64,000 nt of DNA from an uncultured Caulobacterales bacterium (GTDB lineage: Bacteria > Pseudomonadota > Alphaproteobacteria > Caulobacterales > Maricaulaceae), in NCBI GenBank assembly GCA_964571595.1, contig CAZNCJ010000002.1:13321-77320 (forward strand), written 5' to 3'. The notes under the pieces were generated by a model. The model saw only the letters and a list, made by a program, of their open reading frames with translations, had not been told where the DNA came from and did not search any database. Made by a program: the position numbers and the translations under genes. Below are positions 9,668 through 19,080 of the stretch, in pieces (the stretch's first letter is position 1; every line of letters starts with the position of its first letter).

Positions 9668-10366
9668 GTGTCCTTTACGCCGCCGCATTCACAACGCCTA
9701 TATGGTCGCGCCAAGGGTCGCCCTTTAAGCGCGGCCCAAAAGGCGTTGATGGACGATGTTTATCCAAAAATTGCGATAGATAAATCCTGTCTGGAAAAGA
9801 ACGTCCACAATCCCGCTCCCGGCGGAGGGGAAAAGCTGGTGCCTATCTGGTTGGAAATCGGTTTTGGCGGTGCTGAACATTTATTGTGGCAGGCGGCAAA
9901 TCATCCAGATGTAACCTTGTTTGGTGCAGAGCCGTTCTTAAATGGTGTGGCCAAAGCCGTGCTGGGGGTTCAGAGAGAAAATCTGTCCAATGTGCGGCTC
10001 TATCACGGAGATGCACGTGATATTACGGCCCAAATGCCCGATGGGTGTTTGGAGCGTGTTTTTGTGCTTTTTCCGGACCCTTGGCCAAAAGTGCGGCATA
10101 GAAAACGCCGGATTTTATCTGCCGAATTTATTGCCGAAATTCACCGCCTTTTAAAACCAGGCGGGGAATTTCGTTTTGCCAGCGATATTATTGATTATGT
10201 TGACTGGACGCTCACACGTCTATGGGCGCATGGCGGGTTTGCATGGTCGGGTAAACACATGTCTGACTGGCGCGAAAGACTTGCTGATTGGCCCTCAACC
10301 CGCTATCTGGAAAAGGCCTTGCGCGAAGGCCGTAAGGGGCATTTTTTCTCTTTTGAGCGTCTTTGA
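9668..10366 (+). CDS. trmB: tRNA (guanine46-N7)-methyltransferase
   Basis: It has the motifs 'LEIGFGGAEHL' and 'FPDPWPKVRHRKRR'. A GTG start is inferred. Confidence 0.85.
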   Translation: MSFTPPHSQRLYGRAKGRPLSAAQKALMDDVYPKIAIDKSCLEKNVHNPAPGGGEKLVPIWLEIGFGGAEHLLWQAANHPDVTLFGAEPFLNGVAKAVLGVQRENLSNVRLYHGDARDITAQMPDGCLERVFVLFPDPWPKVRHRKRRILSAEFIAEIHRLLKPGGEFRFASDIIDYVDWTLTRLWAHGGFAWSGKHMSDWRERLADWPSTRYLEKALREGRKGHFFSFERL

Positions 10367-10424
10367 AATTCGTCTCGATGGGCAAGCCTGCTAAAGGCAA
10401 TATAAAGGCACTTTGCAAAAAGGC

Positions 10425-10453
10425 TTGCCAAGAGAGATTTAGAGGCCTATACG
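10425..10453 (+). promoter_or_regulatory. Candidate housekeeping promoter (TTGCCA-N17-TATACG) upstream of rimP
   Basis: The hexamers were read directly: -35 at 10425-10430 and -10 at 10448-10453. The architecture matches the candidate promoter at 25943-25971. Confidence 0.4.
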
Positions 10454-10493
10454 GCTCTTAATTATTCGCCTCCGGCACAGGATGCTGGCAGAG

Positions 10494-10519
10494 CGACCCT
10501 CAGCGAGGGTCGTTTTTTT
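10494..10519 (+). terminator. Intrinsic terminator in the rimP-nusA leader (or the trmB terminator)
   Basis: An 8-bp GC-rich stem forms between cgaccctc (10494-10501) and gagggtcg (10505-10512). It is followed by T7 (10513-10519) and lies 44 nt before the rimP ATG. Confidence 0.75.
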
Positions 10520-10563
10520 ATTGCCAAAATCTTGCGTCTCTGAGGCCGGGTTTTGGAATTGGA

Positions 10564-11139
10564 ATGAAAACGAAAACGGAAATAGACAAGCGGATCTTGA
10601 TGATCATTGAGCCTATAGCCAAAGATATCGGTTATAAAGTCGTGCGTGTGCGTGTGATGTCAGGCAAGCGGTCCATTGTGCAGATCATGGCTGAACGATT
10701 TTCTGACGGCCAAATGGGGATTGATGATTGCGCCGAGCTTTCACGCGCGGCCTCATCCATATTAGAGGTCGAGGACCCGCTTCATGACGCCTATGTGCTT
10801 GAGGTTTCCTCACCCGGGCTTGAACGTCCCCTCACGGATTTAAGCGATTTCGAGACTTATGAAGGCCATCTTGCGCGCATAGAGCTGGATCGTTTGGTCG
10901 AGGGCCGTAAGCGCTTTCGGGGTATTCTGGCCGGCACGACGGATGGCGATATTGATATTGATTTGGACGGCGAGAGCGAGACAACACAAATCCCGTTTGA
11001 CTGGATAGCAGATGCCAAACTTTTAATTACTGACGCCCTGATTGAGGCTGGCCAAAAAGCTAGAGCCGCCTTAGCCGAGACGTCACTCCCACCTGATTTG
11101 AATAGAAACCCAACCGATACTCACAGGAAACGGAAATAG
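10564..11139 (+). CDS. rimP: Ribosome maturation factor RimP
   Basis: It has the RimP-like 'LEVSSPGLERPL' motif and sits directly upstream of nusA. Confidence 0.9.
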   Translation: MKTKTEIDKRILMIIEPIAKDIGYKVVRVRVMSGKRSIVQIMAERFSDGQMGIDDCAELSRAASSILEVEDPLHDAYVLEVSSPGLERPLTDLSDFETYEGHLARIELDRLVEGRKRFRGILAGTTDGDIDIDLDGESETTQIPFDWIADAKLLITDALIEAGQKARAALAETSLPPDLNRNPTDTHRKRK

Positions 11140-11148
11140 GAGATAATT

Positions 11149-12837
11149 ATGTCTACTGCTGGAATTAGTGCCAATAAATTGGAATTACTCCAAATCGCCA
11201 ATGCTGTGGCGCAGGAAAAATCCATTGATAAAACCATTGTGCTCGAAGCCATTGAAGAGGCGATCCAAAAAGCGGCGCGCCTGCGTTATGGTTCAGAACA
11301 AGATATTCGCGCCAAACTCGATCCTGTGACGGGTGAAATGCGGTTAAAGCGGGTTATTACCGTTGTCGAAGAAGTTGAAAACGAGGTTACGGAAATTGAT
11401 ATGGCCTCTGCCAAGCTGGATAATCCGGATGTCGAGCTGGGCTATGAATTTGTCACGGAATTACCCCCGATCGAATTTGGACGTGTGCAAAGCCAGATGG
11501 CCAAACAGGTTATTATGCAAAAAGTGCGCGAAGCTGAACGCGCCCGTCAATATGAAGAATTTAAAGACCGTATCGGCGAGATCATTAATGGTATCGTGAA
11601 GCGGGTTGAATATGGCCATATTATTGTTGATCTGGGCCGGGCCGAAGGCGTGATCCGCCGTGAGCAAACATTGCCGCGTGAAAATGTCAAAAATGGTGAC
11701 CGTATCCGGGCCTATATTATGGATGTGCGCGAAGAAATTCGCGGGTCCCAAATATTTCTTTCCAGAGCCCATCCACAATTTATGGCGCAATTATTTGCCC
11801 AAGAAGTTCCTGAGGTTTATGACGGGGTGATCCAGATTGTCTCTGTCGCGCGTGATCCGGGAAGTCGGGCTAAAATTGCGGTCTTTTCCAATGACGGCTC
11901 GATAGACCCTGTCGGGGCCTGTGTCGGTATGCGCGGCTCACGTGTTCAAGCCGTGGTCAATGAATTACAGGGCGAACGTATTGATATTATCCCGTGGAAT
12001 GATGATGCTGCGACCTTTATCGTTAATGCCCTACAGCCCGCAGAAGTCACTAAAGTCGTGATTGACGAAGACGATAACCGTATTGAGGTTGTCGTCCCTG
12101 ACGAACAGCTCTCATTGGCGATTGGTCGTCGCGGCCAAAATGTACGCTTGGCCTCACAGCTCTCGGGTTGGGCTATAGATATCTTGACCGAAGAGCAAGA
12201 ATCAGAGCGCCGTCAGAAAGAATTCCAAGAGCGTTCAGAACTGTTTATGACCGGTCTGGATGTGGATGAGATGATCGCCCAATTACTCGTCTCTGAGGGT
12301 TTTGAAACCATGGAAGAGGTGGGCTATGTTGCGGTTGATGAACTTGTCGCCATTGAAGGGTTTGATGAGGAAACAGCGATCGAGCTTCAAGCGCGGGCAC
12401 GCGAATATCTTGATAAATTAGCTGCTGAGCAAGACGCAGCGCGTAAAGCTTCTGGTGTTGTCGATGAGGTCTTGGAAATTGAGGGTGTGACCCTGCCAAT
12501 GACTGTCGTTTTCGGAGAAAACGAAATCAAGACAGTGGAAGATGTGGCTGGTCTTATCCCGGATGATCTACGAGGTTATACTGAAATTAAGGACGGCGAA
12601 AAAGTCCATGAGGCGGGTCTGTTAGAAAGCTTTGGTCTTTCTGAAAAGGCGGCCACGGATTTGATTATGCAAGCGCGGGTCAAAGCGGGATGGATTGATG
12701 CGGCTGATCTTATTGCTGAAGAAGAGGCCGAAGCCGCCTTAGAGGGTGAAAATGCACCGGCTGATACCGCAGATGCCTCGCCTGAAATCGCAACCGCTGA
12801 AAGCGTGTTTGGCAAATCGGAGACAACAGCCGGATAA
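11149..12837 (+). CDS. nusA: Transcription termination/antitermination factor NusA
   Basis: It has an N-terminal domain, S1, two KH domains ('LAIGRRGQNVRLASQLSGW') and a C-terminal acidic repeat region. Confidence 0.95.
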   Translation: MSTAGISANKLELLQIANAVAQEKSIDKTIVLEAIEEAIQKAARLRYGSEQDIRAKLDPVTGEMRLKRVITVVEEVENEVTEIDMASAKLDNPDVELGYEFVTELPPIEFGRVQSQMAKQVIMQKVREAERARQYEEFKDRIGEIINGIVKRVEYGHIIVDLGRAEGVIRREQTLPRENVKNGDRIRAYIMDVREEIRGSQIFLSRAHPQFMAQLFAQEVPEVYDGVIQIVSVARDPGSRAKIAVFSNDGSIDPVGACVGMRGSRVQAVVNELQGERIDIIPWNDDAATFIVNALQPAEVTKVVIDEDDNRIEVVVPDEQLSLAIGRRGQNVRLASQLSGWAIDILTEEQESERRQKEFQERSELFMTGLDVDEMIAQLLVSEGFETMEEVGYVAVDELVAIEGFDEETAIELQARAREYLDKLAAEQDAARKASGVVDEVLEIEGVTLPMTVVFGENEIKTVEDVAGLIPDDLRGYTEIKDGEKVHEAGLLESFGLSEKAATDLIMQARVKAGWIDAADLIAEEEAEAALEGENAPADTADASPEIATAESVFGKSETTAG

Positions 12838-13664
12838 TGAACGCGAGCCCCGTCATACCCAAGACCGAGGAGGTCTTACACTCAAAAGAGTCCGAGGAGG
12901 TCTTACTCTCAAAAGAGTCTGGTGCTCAGCCTGTGCAGTCTGGGCCTGATGAGGTTATGCGCGATGAGCAGAGTGAGAATTGGGAAGACAAGCGCGGTCA
13001 TAAAGGCCGTGAGAGACGCTGTATTGCCACGGGTTCTGTGCGCGACATCGCCGAATTGGTGCGCTTTGTATTGGATCCGGATAAACGTGTTATTGCCGAT
13101 ATCGCCGGAAAATTACCCGGGCGGGGCGTATGGGTGAGCGCCGATAAGGCGTCATTGGATAAAGCCATAAGCGAGAAAGCTTTTGCTAAGGGTTTTAAAG
13201 CCAAGTGCCAGCTACCAGACGATTTACAGGCAGATGTGGCCCGTTTATTAAAACGCCGGGTTTTGGGATTACTGACAATGGCGATGAAAGCTGGCCAAAT
13301 GGCCAATGGGTTTGATCAGGTAAAATCAGCAGCCCAGTCCGGGCCCTTGGCATACCGTATTGAAGCCTTGGACGGTTCTGGTGATGGACGCGGCAAGATA
13401 CGCGTGCTATCTAAGGCCATTGGGCATGAGTTTGGTCTTAAAATGGCCCCTGTCATTGGATGTTTTAACGCCGAAGAACTGGGGGCGGCTTTGGGGCGCG
13501 AACATGTTGTGCACGGGGCTATCCGACCAGGCGGATTTGCAAGAAGTTTACGACAAGATGTTGTAAGATTGGCAGGTTTTGTGGATATTATTCCGCAAAA
13601 TTGGCCGGATAAGTCACATGAAACCATCAAAATAAAGATGGTAAATGAGGCAATTCGCGGTTGA
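12837..13664 (+). CDS. YlxR/DUF448-type RNA-binding protein fused to an L7Ae-like domain
   Basis: 'RRCIATGSVRDIAELVRFV' and 'LPGRGVWV' are the DUF448 signature. The start overlaps the nusA stop (TAATG). This is the conserved nusA-ylxR-infB position. Confidence 0.8.
   Translation: MNASPVIPKTEEVLHSKESEEVLLSKESGAQPVQSGPDEVMRDEQSENWEDKRGHKGRERRCIATGSVRDIAELVRFVLDPDKRVIADIAGKLPGRGVWVSADKASLDKAISEKAFAKGFKAKCQLPDDLQADVARLLKRRVLGLLTMAMKAGQMANGFDQVKSAAQSGPLAYRIEALDGSGDGRGKIRVLSKAIGHEFGLKMAPVIGCFNAEELGAALGREHVVHGAIRPGGFARSLRQDVVRLAGFVDIIPQNWPDKSHETIKIKMVNEAIRG
12867..12920 (+). repeat. 27-nt tandem duplication (x2) in the 5' part of the ylxR-like gene
   Basis: The units gaggaggtcttacactcaaaagagtcc and gaggaggtcttactctcaaaagagtct are adjacent. 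They encode EEVLHSKES and EEVLLSKES. Confidence 0.9.
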
Positions 13665-13771
13665 ATATGCCTCAAAGACCGTTAGTTTACCGCAAATTTG
13701 GCGGAAAGCTGACACTGACCAATTATGGTTATAAACGATCGGAGTTATGACCCGATCATGAGCGAGATAGT

Positions 13772-16282
13772 ATGAGCGATACAAAAGACAAAACCCCATC
13801 TGCCCCTCGGCGTCCTCTGACGCTGAAAGGAGGATCAGGTACTATACGTCAAAATTTTTCTGGCGGACGGTCTAAATCTGTTGTCGTTGAGAAGAAAAAA
13901 CGGCGCATTATTACGCCTGGCGGCAAAGCCCCAGCTGCGAGCACGCCCGCTGCTGAGACGGTTAAGCCCGTTGTTAAAATAGACGAAGTGGCAGAAGCCG
14001 CGAAAAAGCTGGGTCTGTCCAAAGACGAATATGTCAAACGTCAGGCCGCTATTTCTAAGGCCAGTGCTGAACAAACCTCACGCGAAGAGCGCCGCCTTGC
14101 CGAAGAGGCCGAGCGCGAACGCCGTATGAAAGAAGAACAGACGGCCTTAGAAATTAAAAGAAAATCCGAGGAAGAGGCCGAGCTTAGACGTCTGCAAGAG
14201 GAAGAAGAAGAGCGCAAGCGCGAAGAAGCCGAAGCTGCGCGCCACGCGCCCACACCGGCTCAGAAAATTCTCAATAAGGATAATGAGAGCCTCAGCGAAG
14301 TTGAAAAGGCGGGCGGTCGAATCAAGAAGAAACGAGCCCCCACAATGCCAAGTGGCCGGTCTTCAAAATCTTCGCCGCGCCGCCGCCAAGGTAAGCTCAC
14401 TATTGTCAGTGCTCTGGCCGGTGATGATGAGCGCCAGCGCTCTCTGGCCTCTATGCGCCGGGCGCGCGAAAAAGAAAAAGCACGTCAGCGCGGCGGTTCG
14501 GAACGTGAAAAGCGTGTCCACGAAGTCGTAGTGCCTGAAACCATTACGGTTGCTGATTTGGCAAACCGGATGAAAGAGCGCGCCGCCGATGTTGTGAAAT
14601 ATCTGATGAAGCAAGGCACAATGATGCAATTACACGATATTCTGGATGCTGATACCGCCCAGCTTATCGTTGAAGATTTTGGCCATGTTGTAAAACGTGT
14701 CGCGGATTCTGACGTTGAAGATGATTTCCTTCAAGATGATAAGCCAGAGGACGAAAATGAATTGGAGCCGCGCGCCCCTGTTATTGCCGTTATGGGCCAT
14801 GTTGATCACGGTAAAACCTCCCTGATTGATGCGCTGCGCGAGACAGATGTTGTTGGCGGCGAGGCTGGCGGGATTACCCAGCATATCGGCGCCTATCAAT
14901 TAGGTCTAAAATCCGGACAGACTATTACGGTTTTAGACACGCCGGGCCATGCCGCTTTTTCTGCTATGCGCACACGCGGTGCGCAAGCTGTGGATATTGT
15001 TGTACTGGTTGTGGCCGCCGATGACGGCGTTATGCCCCAAACGGTTGAAAGTATTAAATATGCCAAGGCGGCCAATAAGCCCGTCATTGTCGCAATAAAT
15101 AAAATGGATGCCTATGAGGCTAATCCGAAAAAGGTTGAAACCGATCTCTTACAACATGAAATCATCACGGAGAGCATGTCTGGTGAGACACAGACTGTTG
15201 AAGTCTCGGCTTTAAAGAAGACGGGATTGGATGACCTTGCTGAAGCGATAATGTTACAGGCGGAACTGTTAGACCTTAAGGCTAATCCGAAACGTAATGC
15301 CGACGGTCTTGTCATTGAGAGTAAAATCGAAAAAGGCCGCGGGCCTGTTGCGACTTTATTGGTCAATCGCGGGACATTAAAGCGCGGCGATATTATTGTG
15401 GCTGGACGTCAATGGGGTAAGGTCAAGGCGATGATAGATGAGCGCAATGCGCAGAAAAAATCTACCGGGCCAAGCGAGCCTATTCAAGTCATGGGTCTGG
15501 ACGGTGCGCCCGCTCCGGGCGAGCCTTTTGCTGTCGTCGAATCTGAGGCTAAGGCGCGTGAAATCACGGAATACCGTAAGCGGAAAGCCAAATCTGGCTC
15601 AGACGTGCCTGCGAGTGCTATGGCCTCTATGGAACAGATGATGGCCAAGCTAAAGGAAAAGACAACGTCTGAAATGCCATTGCTTGTTAAAGCCGATGTG
15701 CAAGGTTCTGCCGAGGCGATAAAGTCTTCCTTGGAAGGCCTGGGTAATGATGAAGTTCGCGCGCGTGTGATTTATTCTGCCGCTGGCGGTATTTCTGAAT
15801 CGGATGTGATTTTAGCCAAATCTTCTAATTGCCCTATCATTGCTTTTAATGTGCGGGCCAATCGCCAAGCTAAGGATTTGGCCGAGCGCGAGGGTGTTGA
15901 AATCCGCTATTACTCGGTCATTTATGCGCTGATCGATGAAATTAAAGGCGCGCTAGAGGGCATGTTATCACCCGAACGCCGCGAAACCTTTATTGGTTAT
16001 GCTGAAATTCTTGAAATATTTGATATTTCCAAATTGGGCAAAGTTGCGGGTTGTAAAGTCACCGAAGGCCGTGTTGAACGCGGATCAGGCGTACGTCTCT
16101 TGCGTGATGATGTCGTTATTCACGAAGGCGAGCTTTCCACCTTGAAACGCTTTAAGGATGAAGTTGAAAAAGTTCAGGCTGGTATGGAATGTGGTATGGG
16201 CTTTGAGGGCTATCATGATCTGCGTAAGGGCGATCAGATCGAATGTTTCACGGTTGAATTACTTGATCGCAAGCTGGGTTAA
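13772..16282 (+). CDS. infB: Translation initiation factor IF-2
   Basis: It has the GTPase motifs '[10 protein letters not shown]', 'DTPGH' and 'NKMD', preceded by a charged low-complexity N-terminal region. Confidence 0.95.
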   Translation: MSDTKDKTPSAPRRPLTLKGGSGTIRQNFSGGRSKSVVVEKKKRRIITPGGKAPAASTPAAETVKPVVKIDEVAEAAKKLGLSKDEYVKRQAAISKASAEQTSREERRLAEEAERERRMKEEQTALEIKRKSEEEAELRRLQEEEEERKREEAEAARHAPTPAQKILNKDNESLSEVEKAGGRIKKKRAPTMPSGRSSKSSPRRRQGKLTIVSALAGDDERQRSLASMRRAREKEKARQRGGSEREKRVHEVVVPETITVADLANRMKERAADVVKYLMKQGTMMQLHDILDADTAQLIVEDFGHVVKRVADSDVEDDFLQDDKPEDENELEPRAPVIAVMGHVDHGKTSLIDALRETDVVGGEAGGITQHIGAYQLGLKSGQTITVLDTPGHAAFSAMRTRGAQAVDIVVLVVAADDGVMPQTVESIKYAKAANKPVIVAINKMDAYEANPKKVETDLLQHEIITESMSGETQTVEVSALKKTGLDDLAEAIMLQAELLDLKANPKRNADGLVIESKIEKGRGPVATLLVNRGTLKRGDIIVAGRQWGKVKAMIDERNAQKKSTGPSEPIQVMGLDGAPAPGEPFAVVESEAKAREITEYRKRKAKSGSDVPASAMASMEQMMAKLKEKTTSEMPLLVKADVQGSAEAIKSSLEGLGNDEVRARVIYSAAGGISESDVILAKSSNCPIIAFNVRANRQAKDLAEREGVEIRYYSVIYALIDEIKGALEGMLSPERRETFIGYAEILEIFDISKLGKVAGCKVTEGRVERGSGVRLLRDDVVIHEGELSTLKRFKDEVEKVQAGMECGMGFEGYHDLRKGDQIECFTVELLDRKLG

Positions 16283-16305
16283 TCTGGGGTAATCGGCGTT
16301 AAATC

Positions 16306-16695
16306 ATGCCTAAACACAAAGCCCCCACACAGCGACAACTCAAAGCCGGAGAGCTTATCCGTCGGGCCTTATCAGATATATTGCGCAAAGAACATTTGCG
16401 CGATCCTGTCCTAGAGGGCGTGTCTATTACGATATCTGAGGTGCGGGCCTCGCCTGATCTGAAACATGCGATAGTTTATGCCGCCCCGCTTGGGGGTCAG
16501 CAAAACGGCGTAGAGACGGAAAAAGTCATAGCCGCCCTACAGCGCTGCGGCTCATTTCTGCGCGGGCGTTTAGGCCGCGAAATGGAGATGAAATCAACGC
16601 CGCGCTTGAAATTTGTTGCGGATAAGAGCTTTGAGACAGCCTCTGAAATGACTGAGCTTTTAAGCCAGCCCCATATCCAGCAAGACCTGAACTAA
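16306..16695 (+). CDS. rbfA: Ribosome-binding factor A
   Basis: The sequence is RbfA-like ('RQLKAGELIRRALSDIL', 'TPRLKFVAD') and lies immediately after infB. Confidence 0.9.
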   Translation: MPKHKAPTQRQLKAGELIRRALSDILRKEHLRDPVLEGVSITISEVRASPDLKHAIVYAAPLGGQQNGVETEKVIAALQRCGSFLRGRLGREMEMKSTPRLKFVADKSFETASEMTELLSQPHIQQDLN

Positions 16696-16785
16696 ACAGC
16701 TTTTGGCTGTCTGATCGGCTTGTTGATCCGGCTGTGGAAATTTATTCGCATTTTGGCGCAAATATGCTAAGGCCGTAGTCAATAT

Positions 16786-17667
16786 ATGTCGTCAAAGTTC
16801 GGGGGAATGAATATGACCGATAAGAAAACAGCTGTTGAGAAAAGCGAAGAGCTTGATGTGACGAAGGCCTGGCAAGCCACGCAGGACCAAGAGGGTAAAG
16901 CTAAAAAATTGCGTATTTTTGCGTGGGTGTCCTGGCTTGTCGCGATTGGAACTGAAATTTTCGGTGTGCTCTCACTGCTTAAAGGCAAGTTTGATCAAGG
17001 TAATCTCGCCCTCTTAATTGGTATATTGGTTGTCATCGCCGTCTTTGCGATTGCGGGTAGCTTGTTATGGAAAGCCGCCAATAAACAAGATCCGGCCAGT
17101 GAGGCTGACAAGTTCAAGTTTTTTGTTCAGAACCAGCTCGGCGCGATTATGACGTTACTCGCGTTCCTGCCCCTGATTGTCCTGATTTTCATGGACAAGG
17201 ATATGGACCCGAAAAACAAGAAAATTGCAGGCGGTATTGGTGCAGCCCTCGCGGTTATTGCGACAATGTTCGGTGTGAGTTTCGACCCGCCCTCTGTTGA
17301 GCAATATACGCAAGATATGAATACGTGTGCCGCTCAAATTAAAGCCAATGAGCCAACTACGGCCTGTTCGCCTGAAGTCGCCGCCCAAGCCCAAGAAATT
17401 GCCGAAGATAGCGATGCCGTTATCGAGGCCACACGCAGTGCGGACAATCCGACAGGTCAAGATGTTGTTTACTGGATAGCGCCTAAGGCCGGGGCGGAAC
17501 GCTCCTCTGCGCCATTGGTTTTCCATCTCTGCGAAGATGTCAGCCCGCTGCGCGGTAAAAACGTCAATAGTGGGTCTGTGACGGAGGCTTACGCGCAAAA
17601 TGCTGTACGTCTGACGAAACAGATTGTGATGGAACAAAGACAATGCGGTTTCGCTGCGGCGGAATAA
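16786..17667 (+). CDS. Hypothetical membrane protein (about 4 TM helices) with a Cys-containing C-terminal soluble domain
   Basis: Four hydrophobic helices lie between residues ~45 and 165. The C-terminal ~120 aa has 4 Cys and the stretch 'VVYWIAPKAG...VFHLCEDVSPLRG'. I recognised no family with confidence. Confidence 0.6.
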   Translation: MSSKFGGMNMTDKKTAVEKSEELDVTKAWQATQDQEGKAKKLRIFAWVSWLVAIGTEIFGVLSLLKGKFDQGNLALLIGILVVIAVFAIAGSLLWKAANKQDPASEADKFKFFVQNQLGAIMTLLAFLPLIVLIFMDKDMDPKNKKIAGGIGAALAVIATMFGVSFDPPSVEQYTQDMNTCAAQIKANEPTTACSPEVAAQAQEIAEDSDAVIEATRSADNPTGQDVVYWIAPKAGAERSSAPLVFHLCEDVSPLRGKNVNSGSVTEAYAQNAVRLTKQIVMEQRQCGFAAAE

Positions 17668-17721
17668 TCGCAAGTCCGCTTAGCGCTCTTGTCTTAGTTA
17701 GCATAAAGACAAGCCTCAAAT

Positions 17722-17758
17722 AAAAAAGCAGGTCGCATAAATACGACCTGCTTTACTT
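17722..17758. terminator. Bidirectional intrinsic terminator between convergent genes
   Basis: A 9-bp stem forms between agcaggtcg (17727-17735) and cgacctgct (17744-17752). An A-run lies upstream and a T-rich tract downstream. Confidence 0.8.
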
Positions 17759-17836
17759 TTAGGACAAGCAATAAGTTTTGCATGTCCCGTTTCCCCCTCA
17801 GGATGTCTTATAAATACCCCCTCTTAGCCTAAATGG

Positions 17837-18238
17837 CTAGAGTATTTTTTTGGCAATACTGCCCAGAGCGCCGAGACCGCCAATTGAGTCCAGCAATGAG
17901 CCACCTTGACTGGCCTGATCAACCATTTGGGGAAGGGCGTCTTGCAGTCCGCCGAGTAATGAACCTTCATCTGTTCCCATTTGTTGGGCTGCGGCGCTTA
18001 TTTTGTCCGCGCCTAAAACGTCTTTGAGTTGACCGGCAGATATTTCTTTATTGGCGCCGTCACCTAACCATGACTCCGCAATATCGCCCAACCCTTTGGA
18101 TTGTAATCCACCAACAAGGCTTGCAATGTCCATCTTGTCGCCGTCCCCGATAAGGGAATCCATAACGCCGTTAACTGCGCCGCTATTGCCACCGATTTTT
18201 TTTAACAACAGGCTTGTTGCAAGACTTTTAATATCCAT
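17837..18238 (-). CDS. DUF937 / YidB-like protein
   Basis: The Gly/Leu-rich 133-aa protein ends in '...ISAGQLKDVLGADKISAAAQQMG...LLGGLQDALPQMVDQ', which resembles the YidB family. This is recalled from memory. Confidence 0.6.
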   Translation of the reverse strand: MDIKSLATSLLLKKIGGNSGAVNGVMDSLIGDGDKMDIASLVGGLQSKGLGDIAESWLGDGANKEISAGQLKDVLGADKISAAAQQMGTDEGSLLGGLQDALPQMVDQASQGGSLLDSIGGLGALGSIAKKIL

Positions 18239-18423
18239 GTTTAAAACTTTCTATGAGGATGAAACTATAAGGCGGTAAATTACGTATAATTCACCGCCCC
18301 CACCTTTGATACGAAAGCTGGCTGTGATTAGCCAGCACAAGATACAGAAAAACTGTAATTTTTTCTGCCAGTGGTTTCGGACCATATTAACCCCTCATTG
18401 AGGATCGTCTTGCATAAGGGGGT

Positions 18424-18903
18424 ATGAGCCGCTCTGCTGAGATATCTCCCGAACTTGCCGTCGTGAATGACGTTTTTGAGACCCATAGCGCGCCTCAGAC
18501 AGGATATAGTCAAACTTACCGTATCTTTACGGCTTTCATTTTCATTCTGTCCTTAGCCATGATCTGTCTGACGTTGATTTTATGCGGCTATGTAATTGTC
18601 GGATTTCATGAAAATGATCCACAATTCAGAGCGCTTTGGCCTGCCATTATACTAAGCCTTGGTATGGGGTCTATGGCGCTAATACCTGCTTTAATAGTTG
18701 GTATTGCCAGTGCAGGCCGTTTGAAATATAGGCGTAAAATTATACCAGCTTGGCTCGTCACAGCCTTTCTATTACCGTCTTTGGCTCTCTTGATATTTAT
18801 AGGGTTCCGCCAGGATTTACCGATTTTGTGGAGTGCTTTAGCTATATTCAGCCTTTCCCTTTTTGTACTCTGGGCCTGGATTAATCCCGCAAAAGCCACT
18901 TAA
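18424..18903 (+). CDS. Hypothetical small integral membrane protein (about 4 TM helices)
   Basis: The hydrophobic segments are evident in the translation. I recognised no family. Confidence 0.5.
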   Translation: MSRSAEISPELAVVNDVFETHSAPQTGYSQTYRIFTAFIFILSLAMICLTLILCGYVIVGFHENDPQFRALWPAIILSLGMGSMALIPALIVGIASAGRLKYRRKIIPAWLVTAFLLPSLALLIFIGFRQDLPILWSALAIFSLSLFVLWAWINPAKAT

Positions 18904-18991
18904 AACCAGATAAATCCGCTAATTTTGACCAAAATAGGCTGTTTTCACAGCTCGTTCACGATGATGTGCAGTTCACTTACAGTTTGTTAAA

Positions 18992-19022
18992 TTGAAATTT
19001 GGCCCTATTCATACTATATAAT
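18992..19022 (+). promoter_or_regulatory. Candidate promoter TTGAAA-N17-TATATAAT for the lipoprotein gene
   Basis: The -35 is at 18992-18997 and an extended TATATAAT at 19015-19022. It lies about 60 nt upstream of ATG 19081. Confidence 0.4.
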
Positions 19023-19080
19023 AACTATGCACTCGGGGACAGGTGTGAAGATATTGGTTAGATATATAGGAGCAGTCCCA

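Noticed and set aside
18954-18976. The direct repeat GTTCAC-N11-GTTCAC upstream of the lipoprotein gene resembles the alphaproteobacterial SOS box (GTTC-N7-GTTC).
   Set aside because: The spacing between GTTC cores is 13 nt rather than 7. No DNA-repair gene is downstream.
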